DNA of 64,000 bases from a virus (Duplodnaviria > Caudoviricetes), in IMG/VR virus record IMGVR_UViG_3300043394_000609; one strand, written 5' to 3'. The notes under the pieces were generated by a model. That model saw only the letters and a list, made by a program, of their open reading frames with translations. It did no database searches and had not been told where the DNA came from. How positions within the stretch are numbered: the stretch's first letter is position 1; each line of letters opens with the position of its first letter. Position numbers and translations under genes: made by a program. Below, in pieces: positions 8,871-18,922 of the stretch.

Positions 8871-11800
8871 TTATATTTGACAAGTTATTGGGTCTGATCC
8901 ACAAACACCTAAAGATGTTGCAATACCATTATTTAGTGAATATATCACCGGTTCATTAATCCATGGTTGATTTAATTTATATAAACCATCTGGTGTTGGC
9001 GTGGTTAAACTTTCATTAAAATACCACGTTACATTTTCTATACCATTATTATTTAAATCATTTTCATTGAAAAACACGTTAATTATATTTTCACAACCAA
9101 TACAAGCATCGTCTTTAGTAGACCCATCTGCAAAGTAACAGAACTCGTCTGAAACAACACCTTCTTTATCTATAATGGCATAATATGTCATATCATACTC
9201 TGCAGTATGTGTTAGAGTTGTGTTGCTTGTTATGATGTTATCAATTACCGATGACTCGCTCCAACCGATAAAAATAGAATTATTTGTTGCTGTTGCCGTT
9301 GCCGTTAAGTTAGACCCAATTGCAACATTTTTTGTTTTTCTATAAAAATTAGTACCACTACCATCATCAATATAACCAGTAGCTAAAGGATTAATTTCAG
9401 ATATCACATAAGTTATTTTCACACTATCAGGATCACATACTTGAACCGCACTAACTAAACTAACACATTCAATCGGTGTCGGAGTTGGTGTTGGCGTTGC
9501 GGTTATAGTTAACGTAGGCGTAATAGTTGGCGTAGCCGTTATCGTTACCGTAGGCGTGACTGTTTCTGTTAACGTTGGTGTCGGCGTAACTGTTTCCGTG
9601 GCCGTAATTGTTAATGTAGGCGTAATAGTTGGCGTAGCCGTTATCGTTACCGTAGGTGTAACAGTTTCTGTTAACGTAGGTGTAATAGTTAACGTAGGAG
9701 TCAACGTTACCGTAGGCGTTAGCGTTTCCGTTACCGTAGGTGTCACAGTTAGCGTTACAGTTGGCGTGGCCGTTATCGTTACCGTAGGTGTTATCGTTAC
9801 CGTAGGTGTTACAGTAGGAGTTGGCTCTGGTGTTTCCGTTGGCGTAGCCGTAACAGTTAACGTAGGTGTTATAGTTAATGTTGGTGTAGGCGTAACAGTT
9901 TCTGTAGCCGTTATCGTTACCGTAGGTGTAAAAGTTAACGTAGGTGTTATAGTTAACGTAGGAGTTATAGTTAATGTTGGTGTAGGTGTAGGCTCTGGTG
10001 TTTCTGTTGGCGTAGCCGTAACGGTTAACGTAGGTGTAACAGTTAACGTAGGTGTAACAGTTAATGTAGGTGTAACAGTTTCCGTTACAGTAGGCGTTAG
10101 CGTTTCCGTTACCGTAGGCGTATTAGTTAACGTAGGTGTATTAGTTAACGTTAACGTAGGTGTAACAGTTAACGTAGGTGTTATAGTTGGTGTAGGTGTA
10201 GGTACTCTAGTTGGTTCACAATCAATTAATGGTATCACATCACAAATAGTCGCGCCACTATAAATAAATTCTCGATTATTAAATAATGATGGTATTTCAC
10301 AATTAACATCGTATGGATATTCACCACCATCATATGCACTACTATTTAATTGGTCAGTATAATAGTGATCAATTACCATGTCCAAATCTTCAAAGACTTG
10401 CATTGTATGTTCTAGTAAAATTTCTTGATCAATATTACCGTTGAATAAAATTAATTTATTTGATGGTAGTGTATCACCAGTACAATTTAAATGATAGTAA
10501 ACATTTCTTTCACAATAATTTAAATCAACTTCCTTAACTTCAATTAAAAACCCATCTTGATTAATTAAAAAATCACCTTCAATATAATAATTTTCATCAT
10601 GATCACAACATGGTTCCTCAGGAATACCACCAATAAATAGTTGTTCTGGGTATCTACTTTCGAAGTGATATGGTACTGAATCTATTGAAACCAATGTACC
10701 ATCTGCAAAATATGGATTATTCTCAGCGTATTGATATTTTCTGTTGGTATAAACTCTAAGTTTAGTATTAGGTAGAACTTCAAATTGATGCATGTCACCA
10801 TTTGCTGTTGTACCACGAACAATATCTTTCTTAATTGAACTTAAACAATCAATATTAGTTACTTCAATTTTATTGTAATTATAACCAAACGACACCCCAC
10901 TAATTGGAATGTGTTTATGTGAATTACTAGCATATGGTGCGTTTAAATATTCTCCAGACAATAAGCTATCACCAACAATAACATCCGAAACAATTGTTTT
11001 AACAATATCACCATTTAGTAACGCTAATTGTATATTTTCGAACGTGCTTAAATCCACATTTAAATTAACAATTTTTAAAACAAAACTATCTTCGATTAAA
11101 CCAAAATCAAATGATGGTCGATACTGAATTTTAGGATGTATTGTATAACCACTATAATTGTCACAATATGTTACCCCAGTTTGTGATTCAATTGAACACT
11201 CTTTAGTTGTAATATCGTTATAAACATTTATTATAAATGTTTGTAAATGTGATCTGTTAAATGGGTCGTGTTCACCTTTTAATTGTAGCCCCTCTATTTT
11301 AATTTTTTGTTCATTATTAGCAGCATCTGCAAAAATAAAATCAACAACGTCATCTTCATAAACCTCCGATAACGTAAATGAACAATAATCCGTATCACCA
11401 CCTGTTGGTGTGAATTTAGGATATTCTAATATCGGTCTTTCAGTAAAAACATTGTTTGAATATTGGCAATTACGTATAACATCAACCGGCCAATCATGTG
11501 TGCTTTTTTCATTACCTGTTGCACCGCTAATCGTTAAATAAACATCGCTTTTTAATTTACAATCTTCGGTCCCGCCGTCAAAAACATCACAAGATGTGTA
11601 TCCAGAAACAAATAAACCATTTTCAGCCGGAGCTGTATAATAGTAATTCGCTTCAAAATAAAAATCTAAGTATTCTGAAATTGTACAATCATTTGGACCG
11701 TACTTGAACGATTTAATTCTAATTTTTTCAAAACCATCAGTATCAATAAAAAATTCATAAGATATTTTTGGTTTTTTTGTTGTTTGGGAACAATTTGTTA

Positions 11801-14558
11801 ATGAAGTTGCATCAACAAATGGTTCATATGTATCATCACAACCAGCGACATCTCTAGTATCTTGTTGTGAATTTATTTTATCAATTAAATCTGCTGTGGC
11901 ATTTTTCCACATAGTCTTAATTGTTGATAATTCTAAATTAATCCAATCTTTATAATCACAAATTAATGGTATTTGTGTTGTTGATTCATTTAAAATTGTA
12001 CAATTTGATTCTGGATCAAATGGGTCAAATAAAAGACCATTAGTTAATATAACTTTAGTATCGCCACTTACCGCTTCGCCATCTATATCCATCCATAAGG
12101 TAAATGTTACCCCGGTGAAATTCATTAAACCACGTAAATGGTCCGGATCCCCCATGATTGTTTCCAGATCTTCTTCAATTACTGTTTCAAAATCGGGATA
12201 TAAATTTTCGATAATTTCTAATGGTTGGCAACCTTGTTCATAGTCATATTTTGGGCGACCAAATACATTATTTTCAATTAAATTACCACCTAACCATAAT
12301 GTAGTTGCTGGAACAATTTGTTCTAAAATGTTTACCCAATATGGACTCATCTTATTAACAAACGTTGCAACATCAATCATATCATATTGTACATAACCTA
12401 ATGCTGTTGAACGATTAATGTAATCCTGATAAACGTCTTGTAACTGAATATATGCTTTTTTATATCTAAAAACATGTGAATTAGTTAATTGACTATCTAA
12501 AACGGTGTCTAAAAACTGAGCAAAACTCTTATTTGTTTGAGGTTCTAAACTATTTCTACCAAATGTTACATTTAAATCTCTAGACTTTCTCCAAATATCA
12601 TAGTTAATACCATTAGCTGGTGAAATAAAGACGTTAATATTTTTTCTATTTAATATTAATGAACCCAAATCATCATCTACCAATAATTGACCTTTTACGT
12701 TATCAACAGTACTAGTCAATTCGTAACCATAATCTAAACCAGGTAAATTTCTATATACGTCATAGAAAGCCTCACCATAAGTAAATCTATTGGATTTAGT
12801 TTTTAATGTTTTTGTTCTACCCGTGATAATAGAGTTTTCCGCATCAAATATAGTTGCTGCTCTATGGTCTAATGTTTCTTGATACCAACCCGCACCCATT
12901 TGAAAAAACATATTTTCAACATTGGTTGTTGGTGTTTTAGGTAAAAATGTATCTGGATCAACAGGATAATCAGTTACTTGTGTAAATGAAGTTCTACCTG
13001 TAACTATAGTTGATTCATAGGTATATGTGTCAGTATTAAAAGTTAATACTGTAGTTGTTTTTAAACCATTTATAATATCAAACAAATCATCTTCAACAAT
13101 TGAAGTTGGTAATACCCCATCAACTTTATAAACGTATTCATCAATTTTAATTAATGGTTCTGGTGCACCAATAAATCTTAAGAAAAACTCAATACTTGAT
13201 CGAGTACCTTTTGATTTATAAATGAATGCTAAGTTAATTAAAAGTCTTCTATAAAATTCAATTTCAGCATCTACTTGGTTTTTACCAACTGATACCCCAG
13301 CATATGCTTGCGCACCACCATTATAAATTTGATCTTCAAATGATTTTTCATCAAATAATGCAACACTCTCTAATCCAAGTGTGTTAGTTAAATTTTTAAT
13401 GAAAACATCAGGAATGTTATTAATTGTGTCATATGTTACATTACGCATATACGCAATGTTATCAATAAATGATTTTACTTTATCAAAACTTTGACCATAT
13501 AATTGAAACACACTATCAATTTTTTGATCTTCAGTGTCGAATTCAAATAATTGAGGTGCAGCTAAAAAACGAGTGATTAAGTTTGATTTATAATCATCAA
13601 TTTCAGTCGATAAGTCATTTAATTTGGTAACATATTTTTCAAAATCATTACCAACAATCATTAAATTCCAACCATCAAAAGAAACCGGCCAATTAACTAA
13701 AACCGAAACAATTTCATCTTTCTTTTCATCAAGACTACTTTCAGGGACTTTAAATGAGGTCTGATATATTGGATACGATTCCCTATTTAATAAGGAAGCT
13801 TCCAAATCATCTAAACCTAAAAAGAATTCTTCAACAATTGGGTTAGAGGGTCTAACCAAATAAGAACTATTATATGTTGATCCTTGAAATGGTTTCCCAA
13901 CAACTTCTAAAGTGATTATATTATTTTCATCTGGTGAAACGTAATTAATTACTGAGTATGTTACCCCGCTAATTTCAAGTGAATATTTATTGAATCTAGA
14001 ATAGAATTCTCGATTAATATTTTCAGATGCTGTTAAATTAGTTATTTTAGGTTCAACTAATTGAATGTCAAATGGATTATATATTTTTGATGATTGAACC
14101 GTAAATGTTGTAATATCTGTTTTCTTATCATAAACAATATTTTCCGCAGTTAAATTATTAACTCCAGAAATTGAATCAGCATCAACATAAAACCCGGAAG
14201 GGAAATTCTTTATGATTCTACTAATAGATACACGTATTCTTTCTCTTAATGAACCAAATAACGATCTAGACCCATCAGTTTTAGCTTTATTAAATCTAAT
14301 CGGTCTTTTCTCCCCATTACTTTGTGTAATACTAGTTGGTACATCATCTTCAATCTTTAAATCATCTAAAGTTAAAAAATCAGAGAACGGTATCGATCTA
14401 AAGTTTTTACTATCTTTTTCTGGTGTTGCCCTATCTAACGCAAAGTTTGCATTTGTTAATTGACTAGTACCGTCAGTAATTTGTTGTCCAACAATACTGT
14501 CGCTAAAAGTTTCTGCCCCACTTGCCGCTTTACTCGGTACCTTTGTGTATTTTGCCAT
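8871..14558 (-). CDS. Very large baseplate/tail-fibre protein (wedge-like N-terminal part, ~240-aa xT/PT repeat, InlB-B-repeat-like module)
   Basis: 1895 aa; YRRLLINLAFIYKSKGTRSSIEFFLRFIG resembles the KGT motif of P2 gpI/T4 gp7-type wedge proteins; long (xT)n repeat; LTATATA..SIFIGWS module. Confidence 0.65.
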   Translation of the reverse strand: MAKYTKVPSKAASGAETFSDSIVGQQITDGTSQLTNANFALDRATPEKDSKNFRSIPFSDFLTLDDLKIEDDVPTSITQSNGEKRPIRFNKAKTDGSRSLFGSLRERIRVSISRIIKNFPSGFYVDADSISGVNNLTAENIVYDKKTDITTFTVQSSKIYNPFDIQLVEPKITNLTASENINREFYSRFNKYSLEISGVTYSVINYVSPDENNIITLEVVGKPFQGSTYNSSYLVRPSNPIVEEFFLGLDDLEASLLNRESYPIYQTSFKVPESSLDEKKDEIVSVLVNWPVSFDGWNLMIVGNDFEKYVTKLNDLSTEIDDYKSNLITRFLAAPQLFEFDTEDQKIDSVFQLYGQSFDKVKSFIDNIAYMRNVTYDTINNIPDVFIKNLTNTLGLESVALFDEKSFEDQIYNGGAQAYAGVSVGKNQVDAEIEFYRRLLINLAFIYKSKGTRSSIEFFLRFIGAPEPLIKIDEYVYKVDGVLPTSIVEDDLFDIINGLKTTTVLTFNTDTYTYESTIVTGRTSFTQVTDYPVDPDTFLPKTPTTNVENMFFQMGAGWYQETLDHRAATIFDAENSIITGRTKTLKTKSNRFTYGEAFYDVYRNLPGLDYGYELTSTVDNVKGQLLVDDDLGSLILNRKNINVFISPANGINYDIWRKSRDLNVTFGRNSLEPQTNKSFAQFLDTVLDSQLTNSHVFRYKKAYIQLQDVYQDYINRSTALGYVQYDMIDVATFVNKMSPYWVNILEQIVPATTLWLGGNLIENNVFGRPKYDYEQGCQPLEIIENLYPDFETVIEEDLETIMGDPDHLRGLMNFTGVTFTLWMDIDGEAVSGDTKVILTNGLLFDPFDPESNCTILNESTTQIPLICDYKDWINLELSTIKTMWKNATADLIDKINSQQDTRDVAGCDDTYEPFVDATSLTNCSQTTKKPKISYEFFIDTDGFEKIRIKSFKYGPNDCTISEYLDFYFEANYYYTAPAENGLFVSGYTSCDVFDGGTEDCKLKSDVYLTISGATGNEKSTHDWPVDVIRNCQYSNNVFTERPILEYPKFTPTGGDTDYCSFTLSEVYEDDVVDFIFADAANNEQKIKIEGLQLKGEHDPFNRSHLQTFIINVYNDITTKECSIESQTGVTYCDNYSGYTIHPKIQYRPSFDFGLIEDSFVLKIVNLNVDLSTFENIQLALLNGDIVKTIVSDVIVGDSLLSGEYLNAPYASNSHKHIPISGVSFGYNYNKIEVTNIDCLSSIKKDIVRGTTANGDMHQFEVLPNTKLRVYTNRKYQYAENNPYFADGTLVSIDSVPYHFESRYPEQLFIGGIPEEPCCDHDENYYIEGDFLINQDGFLIEVKEVDLNYCERNVYYHLNCTGDTLPSNKLILFNGNIDQEILLEHTMQVFEDLDMVIDHYYTDQLNSSAYDGGEYPYDVNCEIPSLFNNREFIYSGATICDVIPLIDCEPTRVPTPTPTITPTLTVTPTLTLTNTPTLTNTPTVTETLTPTVTETVTPTLTVTPTLTVTPTLTVTATPTETPEPTPTPTLTITPTLTITPTLTFTPTVTITATETVTPTPTLTITPTLTVTATPTETPEPTPTVTPTVTITPTVTITATPTVTLTVTPTVTETLTPTVTLTPTLTITPTLTETVTPTVTITATPTITPTLTITATETVTPTPTLTETVTPTVTITATPTITPTLTITATPTPTPTPIECVSLVSAVQVCDPDSVKITYVISEINPLATGYIDDGSGTNFYRKTKNVAIGSNLTATATATNNSIFIGWSESSVIDNIITSNTTLTHTAEYDMTYYAIIDKEGVVSDEFCYFADGSTKDDACIGCENIINVFFNENDLNNNGIENVTWYFNESLTTPTPDGLYKLNQPWINEPVIYSLNNGIATSLGVCGSDPITCQI
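9478..10205. repeat. Degenerate 6/18-bp-period tandem repeat encoding (xT)n with Pro about every 6 residues
   Basis: Units such as gttaccgtaggtgt and gttaacgtaggtgt; a ~41-bp exact duplication at ~9514-9554 and ~9616-9656; GC visibly higher than the flanks. Confidence 0.9.
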
Positions 14559-15475
14559 TATTGTGTAATATCGTCAAAGTTTAGTGTTTGATCTATGTCA
14601 GTTTTACCTTCACGAATTTCATATAATGTATCATTAAATTCGTCTTTAACTTCATATAAGTTGTACTGTTTGTAGATATTATTATCTTTATTGTAAATTG
14701 TGTAAATTCCTGAAGATACGGCTTTACTTTGATTACCATATAACGCATTCGCTAAAGTAGACGCATCATGTTCAACCATTTCAATCTCAATCGTAGTTGG
14801 ATTAAAATATGTGTTAGTTAAAATGATTTTTTGTGCTGGTTGGCCAATAAATGGTACGATATTAGGTTTGTTACTTGGTGATGAAGATGGCGTTACGGTA
14901 AGAAACAATAAAGTCGTTGCTGAATCTGAATAACGATATCTAACAGCTTTTTGTGTTGTATTTGTTAAGTTTGTTGTAATTGCTTCACAATAAAAAGAAG
15001 ATGTCACAATTTTATAGAAATTAGTAACTTTTTTATTATCCTCAACACTAATATATTCTACCCTGTAACCAACTAACCCCTGAGGAGTAAACTTTGCTCG
15101 ATCATCAACACTAACATTTGCCAAATCAATAACAATTCCCCTAACTGAGGGTAATGACGCTAACACACCACAATCAGTAATAGACGTCCTAATTTGTTTA
15201 GGTCTAAGATTTAAAGTGTATACCCCAGTTTCACCAAAAGTATCCGCATTAAGTCTTAAATTGTATAATCCACCTAATATTTCAGTATCTGGTGCATATG
15301 TGTCATCTGTTGTATTTGAATTGTGATAAACCGGAGATAAAATGTCCGCTGAGTCTAATTTTGTTAGACTTGGTGTTGTTGTTGCTGCTCTATCAGAAGT
15401 ATAATGTAAAATGATTTCTACATCTTCTGGTGACACATCTGCTGGTCTAATTGTTCCGTAACTACCTACTGCCAT
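14558..15475 (-). CDS. Putative baseplate/tail structural protein
   Basis: 305 aa; first gene after a late motif; stop/start overlap with the 1895-aa gene. Confidence 0.5.
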   Translation of the reverse strand: MAVGSYGTIRPADVSPEDVEIILHYTSDRAATTTPSLTKLDSADILSPVYHNSNTTDDTYAPDTEILGGLYNLRLNADTFGETGVYTLNLRPKQIRTSITDCGVLASLPSVRGIVIDLANVSVDDRAKFTPQGLVGYRVEYISVEDNKKVTNFYKIVTSSFYCEAITTNLTNTTQKAVRYRYSDSATTLLFLTVTPSSSPSNKPNIVPFIGQPAQKIILTNTYFNPTTIEIEMVEHDASTLANALYGNQSKAVSSGIYTIYNKDNNIYKQYNLYEVKDEFNDTLYEIREGKTDIDQTLNFDDITQ

Positions 15476-15486
15476 TTTCTTTTAAT

Positions 15487-15494
15487 TATAAATA
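15487..15494 (-). promoter_or_regulatory. Putative late promoter TATTTATA
   Basis: 11 nt upstream of the ATG at 15475. Confidence 0.65.
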
Positions 15495-15502
15495 TAATTT
15501 TT

Positions 15503-16405
15503 TTATTTTTTCACACGGAAAAATCCATGTCCGTACACCTCTAATTCACCAACATTATCAATTTCCCCTAGTCTTAGGTTATATTCAGATGCCCCCATTT
15601 TACCACGTTCAACAAAAATATCAGAATAAACCATAGGTTCGTTTATGAAACCAAGGTAGTGCTCATTCCTAGTTAATTTTTTATTGAATTCAACCTCAGA
15701 CACATAATTAGCGGTATTCCCAGTAATATACGTAGTTCCGTCGTTTAAGTCAAGGTATGATAAATCATCTATAGTGTATCCAGAATATGTGTAGATATCA
15801 TCTTCAATGTTAATTGAACCATATGTTACACCACTATAATTGTTACCACCATATAGTTTTTTTTCAATAATTCGACTAGATCCTATAGCAAAAAATGTTG
15901 TTGTTCCAGTGTATTGATCTGTATTATATTCATAATCATTATTGAAATTTTGACTAAAATCTTCAACATTACTATATGGTAAATTAAAAATTAAAGTCCC
16001 CATATCATTTGTTTGACCAACCACACTAGGTAATGTAATAGTTTTAACAACATTTTGAACAACCCAAGGGCTATTCATTGTAATTGTAACTGTTTTTGAA
16101 CCAGATGTTGAATATGTGTGTGATGCAGTACCTAGTATTGAAATTGATGAGGTTGTTGAATCTCCCCATTTTATTGTAAATGTGGCATCAACAACTCTTT
16201 TTAATATATTTGTATTTGTTGTGTTATACACTGTTAACACATTTCCAGATGATGAATATGTGAAATTACATAATTGCTCAACTTGTTCAATATCACCATC
16301 AAATGTTACCATACCACCTAACTCATCAAGTGTCGATTCCAACACAATTGGGATATTATAGGTAGAACCACTTTGATATAATATTTCATATTTGTCCTGT
16401 CTCAT
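15503..16405 (-). CDS. Structural protein with PKD (Ig-like) domain
   Basis: FTIKWGDSTT...ASHTYSTSGSKTVTITM matches the PKD WxFGDG..H.Y..G.Y.V.L pattern. Confidence 0.65.
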   Translation of the reverse strand: MRQDKYEILYQSGSTYNIPIVLESTLDELGGMVTFDGDIEQVEQLCNFTYSSSGNVLTVYNTTNTNILKRVVDATFTIKWGDSTTSSISILGTASHTYSTSGSKTVTITMNSPWVVQNVVKTITLPSVVGQTNDMGTLIFNLPYSNVEDFSQNFNNDYEYNTDQYTGTTTFFAIGSSRIIEKKLYGGNNYSGVTYGSINIEDDIYTYSGYTIDDLSYLDLNDGTTYITGNTANYVSEVEFNKKLTRNEHYLGFINEPMVYSDIFVERGKMGASEYNLRLGEIDNVGELEVYGHGFFRVKK

Positions 16406-16407
16406 TG

Positions 16408-17190
16408 TTAATTAGATAATTCGTAAAAATTAATTGGTGAACTATATGACCCCTTTCTATTTATTCCTTTGGATGTTGAGTCATATTGATATACTTTATA
16501 TGTGTAATTTGTTTGATTAAAAACAACTTGATAGTATAATTCATCTGAAGGTAAATCGCTATTTGTTATTGTCTTACTAGTATTATTTAAAAATCGATTA
16601 ACAGATCCATCTTCAGAATTAAAAAATCTGGCCGTCATATAAAATGTCGTACCGGTATAAATTGACGTGTCAGGAAACCAAAACATATACATATTTTCAC
16701 TATTCTTATAGTTATTACCATTAAAAACCGGAACAAAAATATCTTCTACAAGTTCTTTAAATAACACTTTTTGACCCAATGGTAACGGTAATGTTTTTGC
16801 CATAACTAATTTTTGTGTCTCTCTATCTGGTGTAGAATAAAATTCTAATCTGAAAAAACTATTAACAGTATGCTTTAACATTTTTGCATTTTCTTTTGGA
16901 CTAATTCCAACTAAATTATAATCTAAACCTTTATCATAATCGTTCGTTGAGTCCAAAAAATAAAAATAAAACCAGATATCTGATTGTCTAGAAGAAACAC
17001 TATTGATGGTTACGTTATATGGTTCATGAACATATCTAACAGTTTCATAGTTTTCAATTGGATTAATTAAAACATCTAAAAATTGTTCTTCAATTTCTTC
17101 AAAATTTTCTTCCCACCCAGCATTAGTTTGGAAATCCGTATTTAAATTATAAACGTAATTTAAATCAATACCTTCAAAAAGTTTTTTCAT
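16408..17190 (-). CDS. Putative baseplate/tail structural protein
   Basis: The ORF track starts at 17211; the ATG at 17190 (MKKLF), 1 nt after the upstream stop, is the more plausible start. Confidence 0.5.
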   Translation of the reverse strand: MKKLFEGIDLNYVYNLNTDFQTNAGWEENFEEIEEQFLDVLINPIENYETVRYVHEPYNVTINSVSSRQSDIWFYFYFLDSTNDYDKGLDYNLVGISPKENAKMLKHTVNSFFRLEFYSTPDRETQKLVMAKTLPLPLGQKVLFKELVEDIFVPVFNGNNYKNSENMYMFWFPDTSIYTGTTFYMTARFFNSEDGSVNRFLNNTSKTITNSDLPSDELYYQVVFNQTNYTYKVYQYDSTSKGINRKGSYSSPINFYELSN

Positions 17191-17191
17191 A

Positions 17192-18922
17192 TTAACAATC
17201 AGTTGGGCCAAACCCTTTTATTCCATCTGTTTTATTTGTGTAGTAAGCCTCATTTCTCAAGTAAAAATTAAGATCTGATTTTATATAATGTTGACCATTT
17301 ATAAACGGATAATCCGTTCCATTTCCATCAACATCAATGTAACCATGATCATAAACATCTCGCCATTTCCATAACCCGTCTTTTGGGAAAAATTTAGCAT
17401 TGTCTGGTAAGTCCAATATATTATTGGTATTGTAAGTTTCAACATAAGGTGATAATTCTCTTAATTTTAATCTATAATGTGGTTGATAATATAAACCAAC
17501 TTTATTTCCTGAAGATGCATTAGTGTAATATTGACCATCGTCTTGATTATGGTCAAATATTGTTGTTGGCATAGTAAATTTATGGAACGATTCTGAAATG
17601 ACCCTTTCTTTAAGTTCGGATTCATTGTATTCAATAAAAGCACCTGTTAATATATCACCAACAGATAATGTATTACCAGTATAAAATGTCGTCCCAGATC
17701 TTGTATATTGTGATTTTGTTAATGATGATTCATGAGATGTTGTGCCACTAAAATGCATATCAATCCAAGTATCATGAAAATTAAATTTAAACCCCACTTT
17801 TGGTGGGTAATCAAAATACCCTGACCCGTTTCTGAAAATTGCCGAAACATATACTTCACTAGGAGTGTACCCTAAATTATTTGTTAATCCGGTCAAGACA
17901 AACGTATCTTTAAAATCAAATAGAACAGATTCCATTCTATTTCTTTCAACTAAAAAATCATTAACGCCAGCGCTATTTTCAAATAACAATTTCTTTTCAT
18001 CTTCAAATATCGGTGTTTCAAACCCAGCTTTATCAATAACACAGTCATCTGGTGTTGTCAATACCTTATGTTTATGCACATAGTATTTTGATGTAGTATC
18101 ATTAACATTGTCTTTATCAATACATCTTTTGATTGTTATAATTGTTGGTAATGCAGACCCAGAAAATTGTTGTTTATTTAAATTGATCACATATTTTGAC
18201 GAATTGAACACTTCATCACCTAAACTAGAAATTGAACAGACTTTGTCGCCAATTATAACAAACTCATTTTCTGAAATACCATGAGGAACTGGACAAATTA
18301 ATTTATAGTAACCAACTTTATCTTCTACTCGGCAAGGTATACCATTCCCACTAACATTAGCAATAACCGTTTGTGTTCCACCAGTTAAAGTATATGTTAT
18401 TGGATAATTTTCATCATGTGAATACACATAACTTAAATATAAATTCCAATTATGTGACGATGCATCCATCATAGATATTTCTTGATGTTTATTTGGTATT
18501 TGAGACGGTAATGAAAATGTTGGTGAGTATGTACCATTATTCACATCAGTAATTACCGGTACACTAGCCACTGCACGATAAACATCTTTTCTTATAAAAG
18601 CAAATTCATCATATGGTAAATAACCACTAAAATTACGATCTGAACCATTACCCAATAGATATAGATATTCTTGTAGATTTGCATAATTGTCAGCATCCCC
18701 CAAATATAAATTTCTAAATATCATTTTTAGTTTACCATATATTTTATAATTTTTACTTTCGTTTCTTTCTTTATAAAATAAACGTTCTAAATCTAAAATA
18801 ATAGTTTTGTCACCTTCACGTAAAAGTTCTTCATTTGTCTGAATACCAATCGACGTTACCAGATCTTCGGCAGGAGACTGATAATAACGTTTTTCTGGTA
18901 ATAATATTTCTTTTTTTTGCAT
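17192..18922 (-). CDS. Putative baseplate/tail structural protein
   Basis: 576 aa; coupled to neighbours within the baseplate operon. Confidence 0.5.
   Translation of the reverse strand: MQKKEILLPEKRYYQSPAEDLVTSIGIQTNEELLREGDKTIILDLERLFYKERNESKNYKIYGKLKMIFRNLYLGDADNYANLQEYLYLLGNGSDRNFSGYLPYDEFAFIRKDVYRAVASVPVITDVNNGTYSPTFSLPSQIPNKHQEISMMDASSHNWNLYLSYVYSHDENYPITYTLTGGTQTVIANVSGNGIPCRVEDKVGYYKLICPVPHGISENEFVIIGDKVCSISSLGDEVFNSSKYVINLNKQQFSGSALPTIITIKRCIDKDNVNDTTSKYYVHKHKVLTTPDDCVIDKAGFETPIFEDEKKLLFENSAGVNDFLVERNRMESVLFDFKDTFVLTGLTNNLGYTPSEVYVSAIFRNGSGYFDYPPKVGFKFNFHDTWIDMHFSGTTSHESSLTKSQYTRSGTTFYTGNTLSVGDILTGAFIEYNESELKERVISESFHKFTMPTTIFDHNQDDGQYYTNASSGNKVGLYYQPHYRLKLRELSPYVETYNTNNILDLPDNAKFFPKDGLWKWRDVYDHGYIDVDGNGTDYPFINGQHYIKSDLNFYLRNEAYYTNKTDGIKGFGPTDC

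Noticed and set aside
9478-10205. CRISPR array
   Set aside because: The repeats are degenerate, in-frame and codon-periodic, with no unique spacers.
9556-10263. 235-aa plus-strand Val/Gly-rich ORF
   Set aside because: It is the antisense shadow of the (xT)n repeat; the repeat codons lack stops on the opposite strand.
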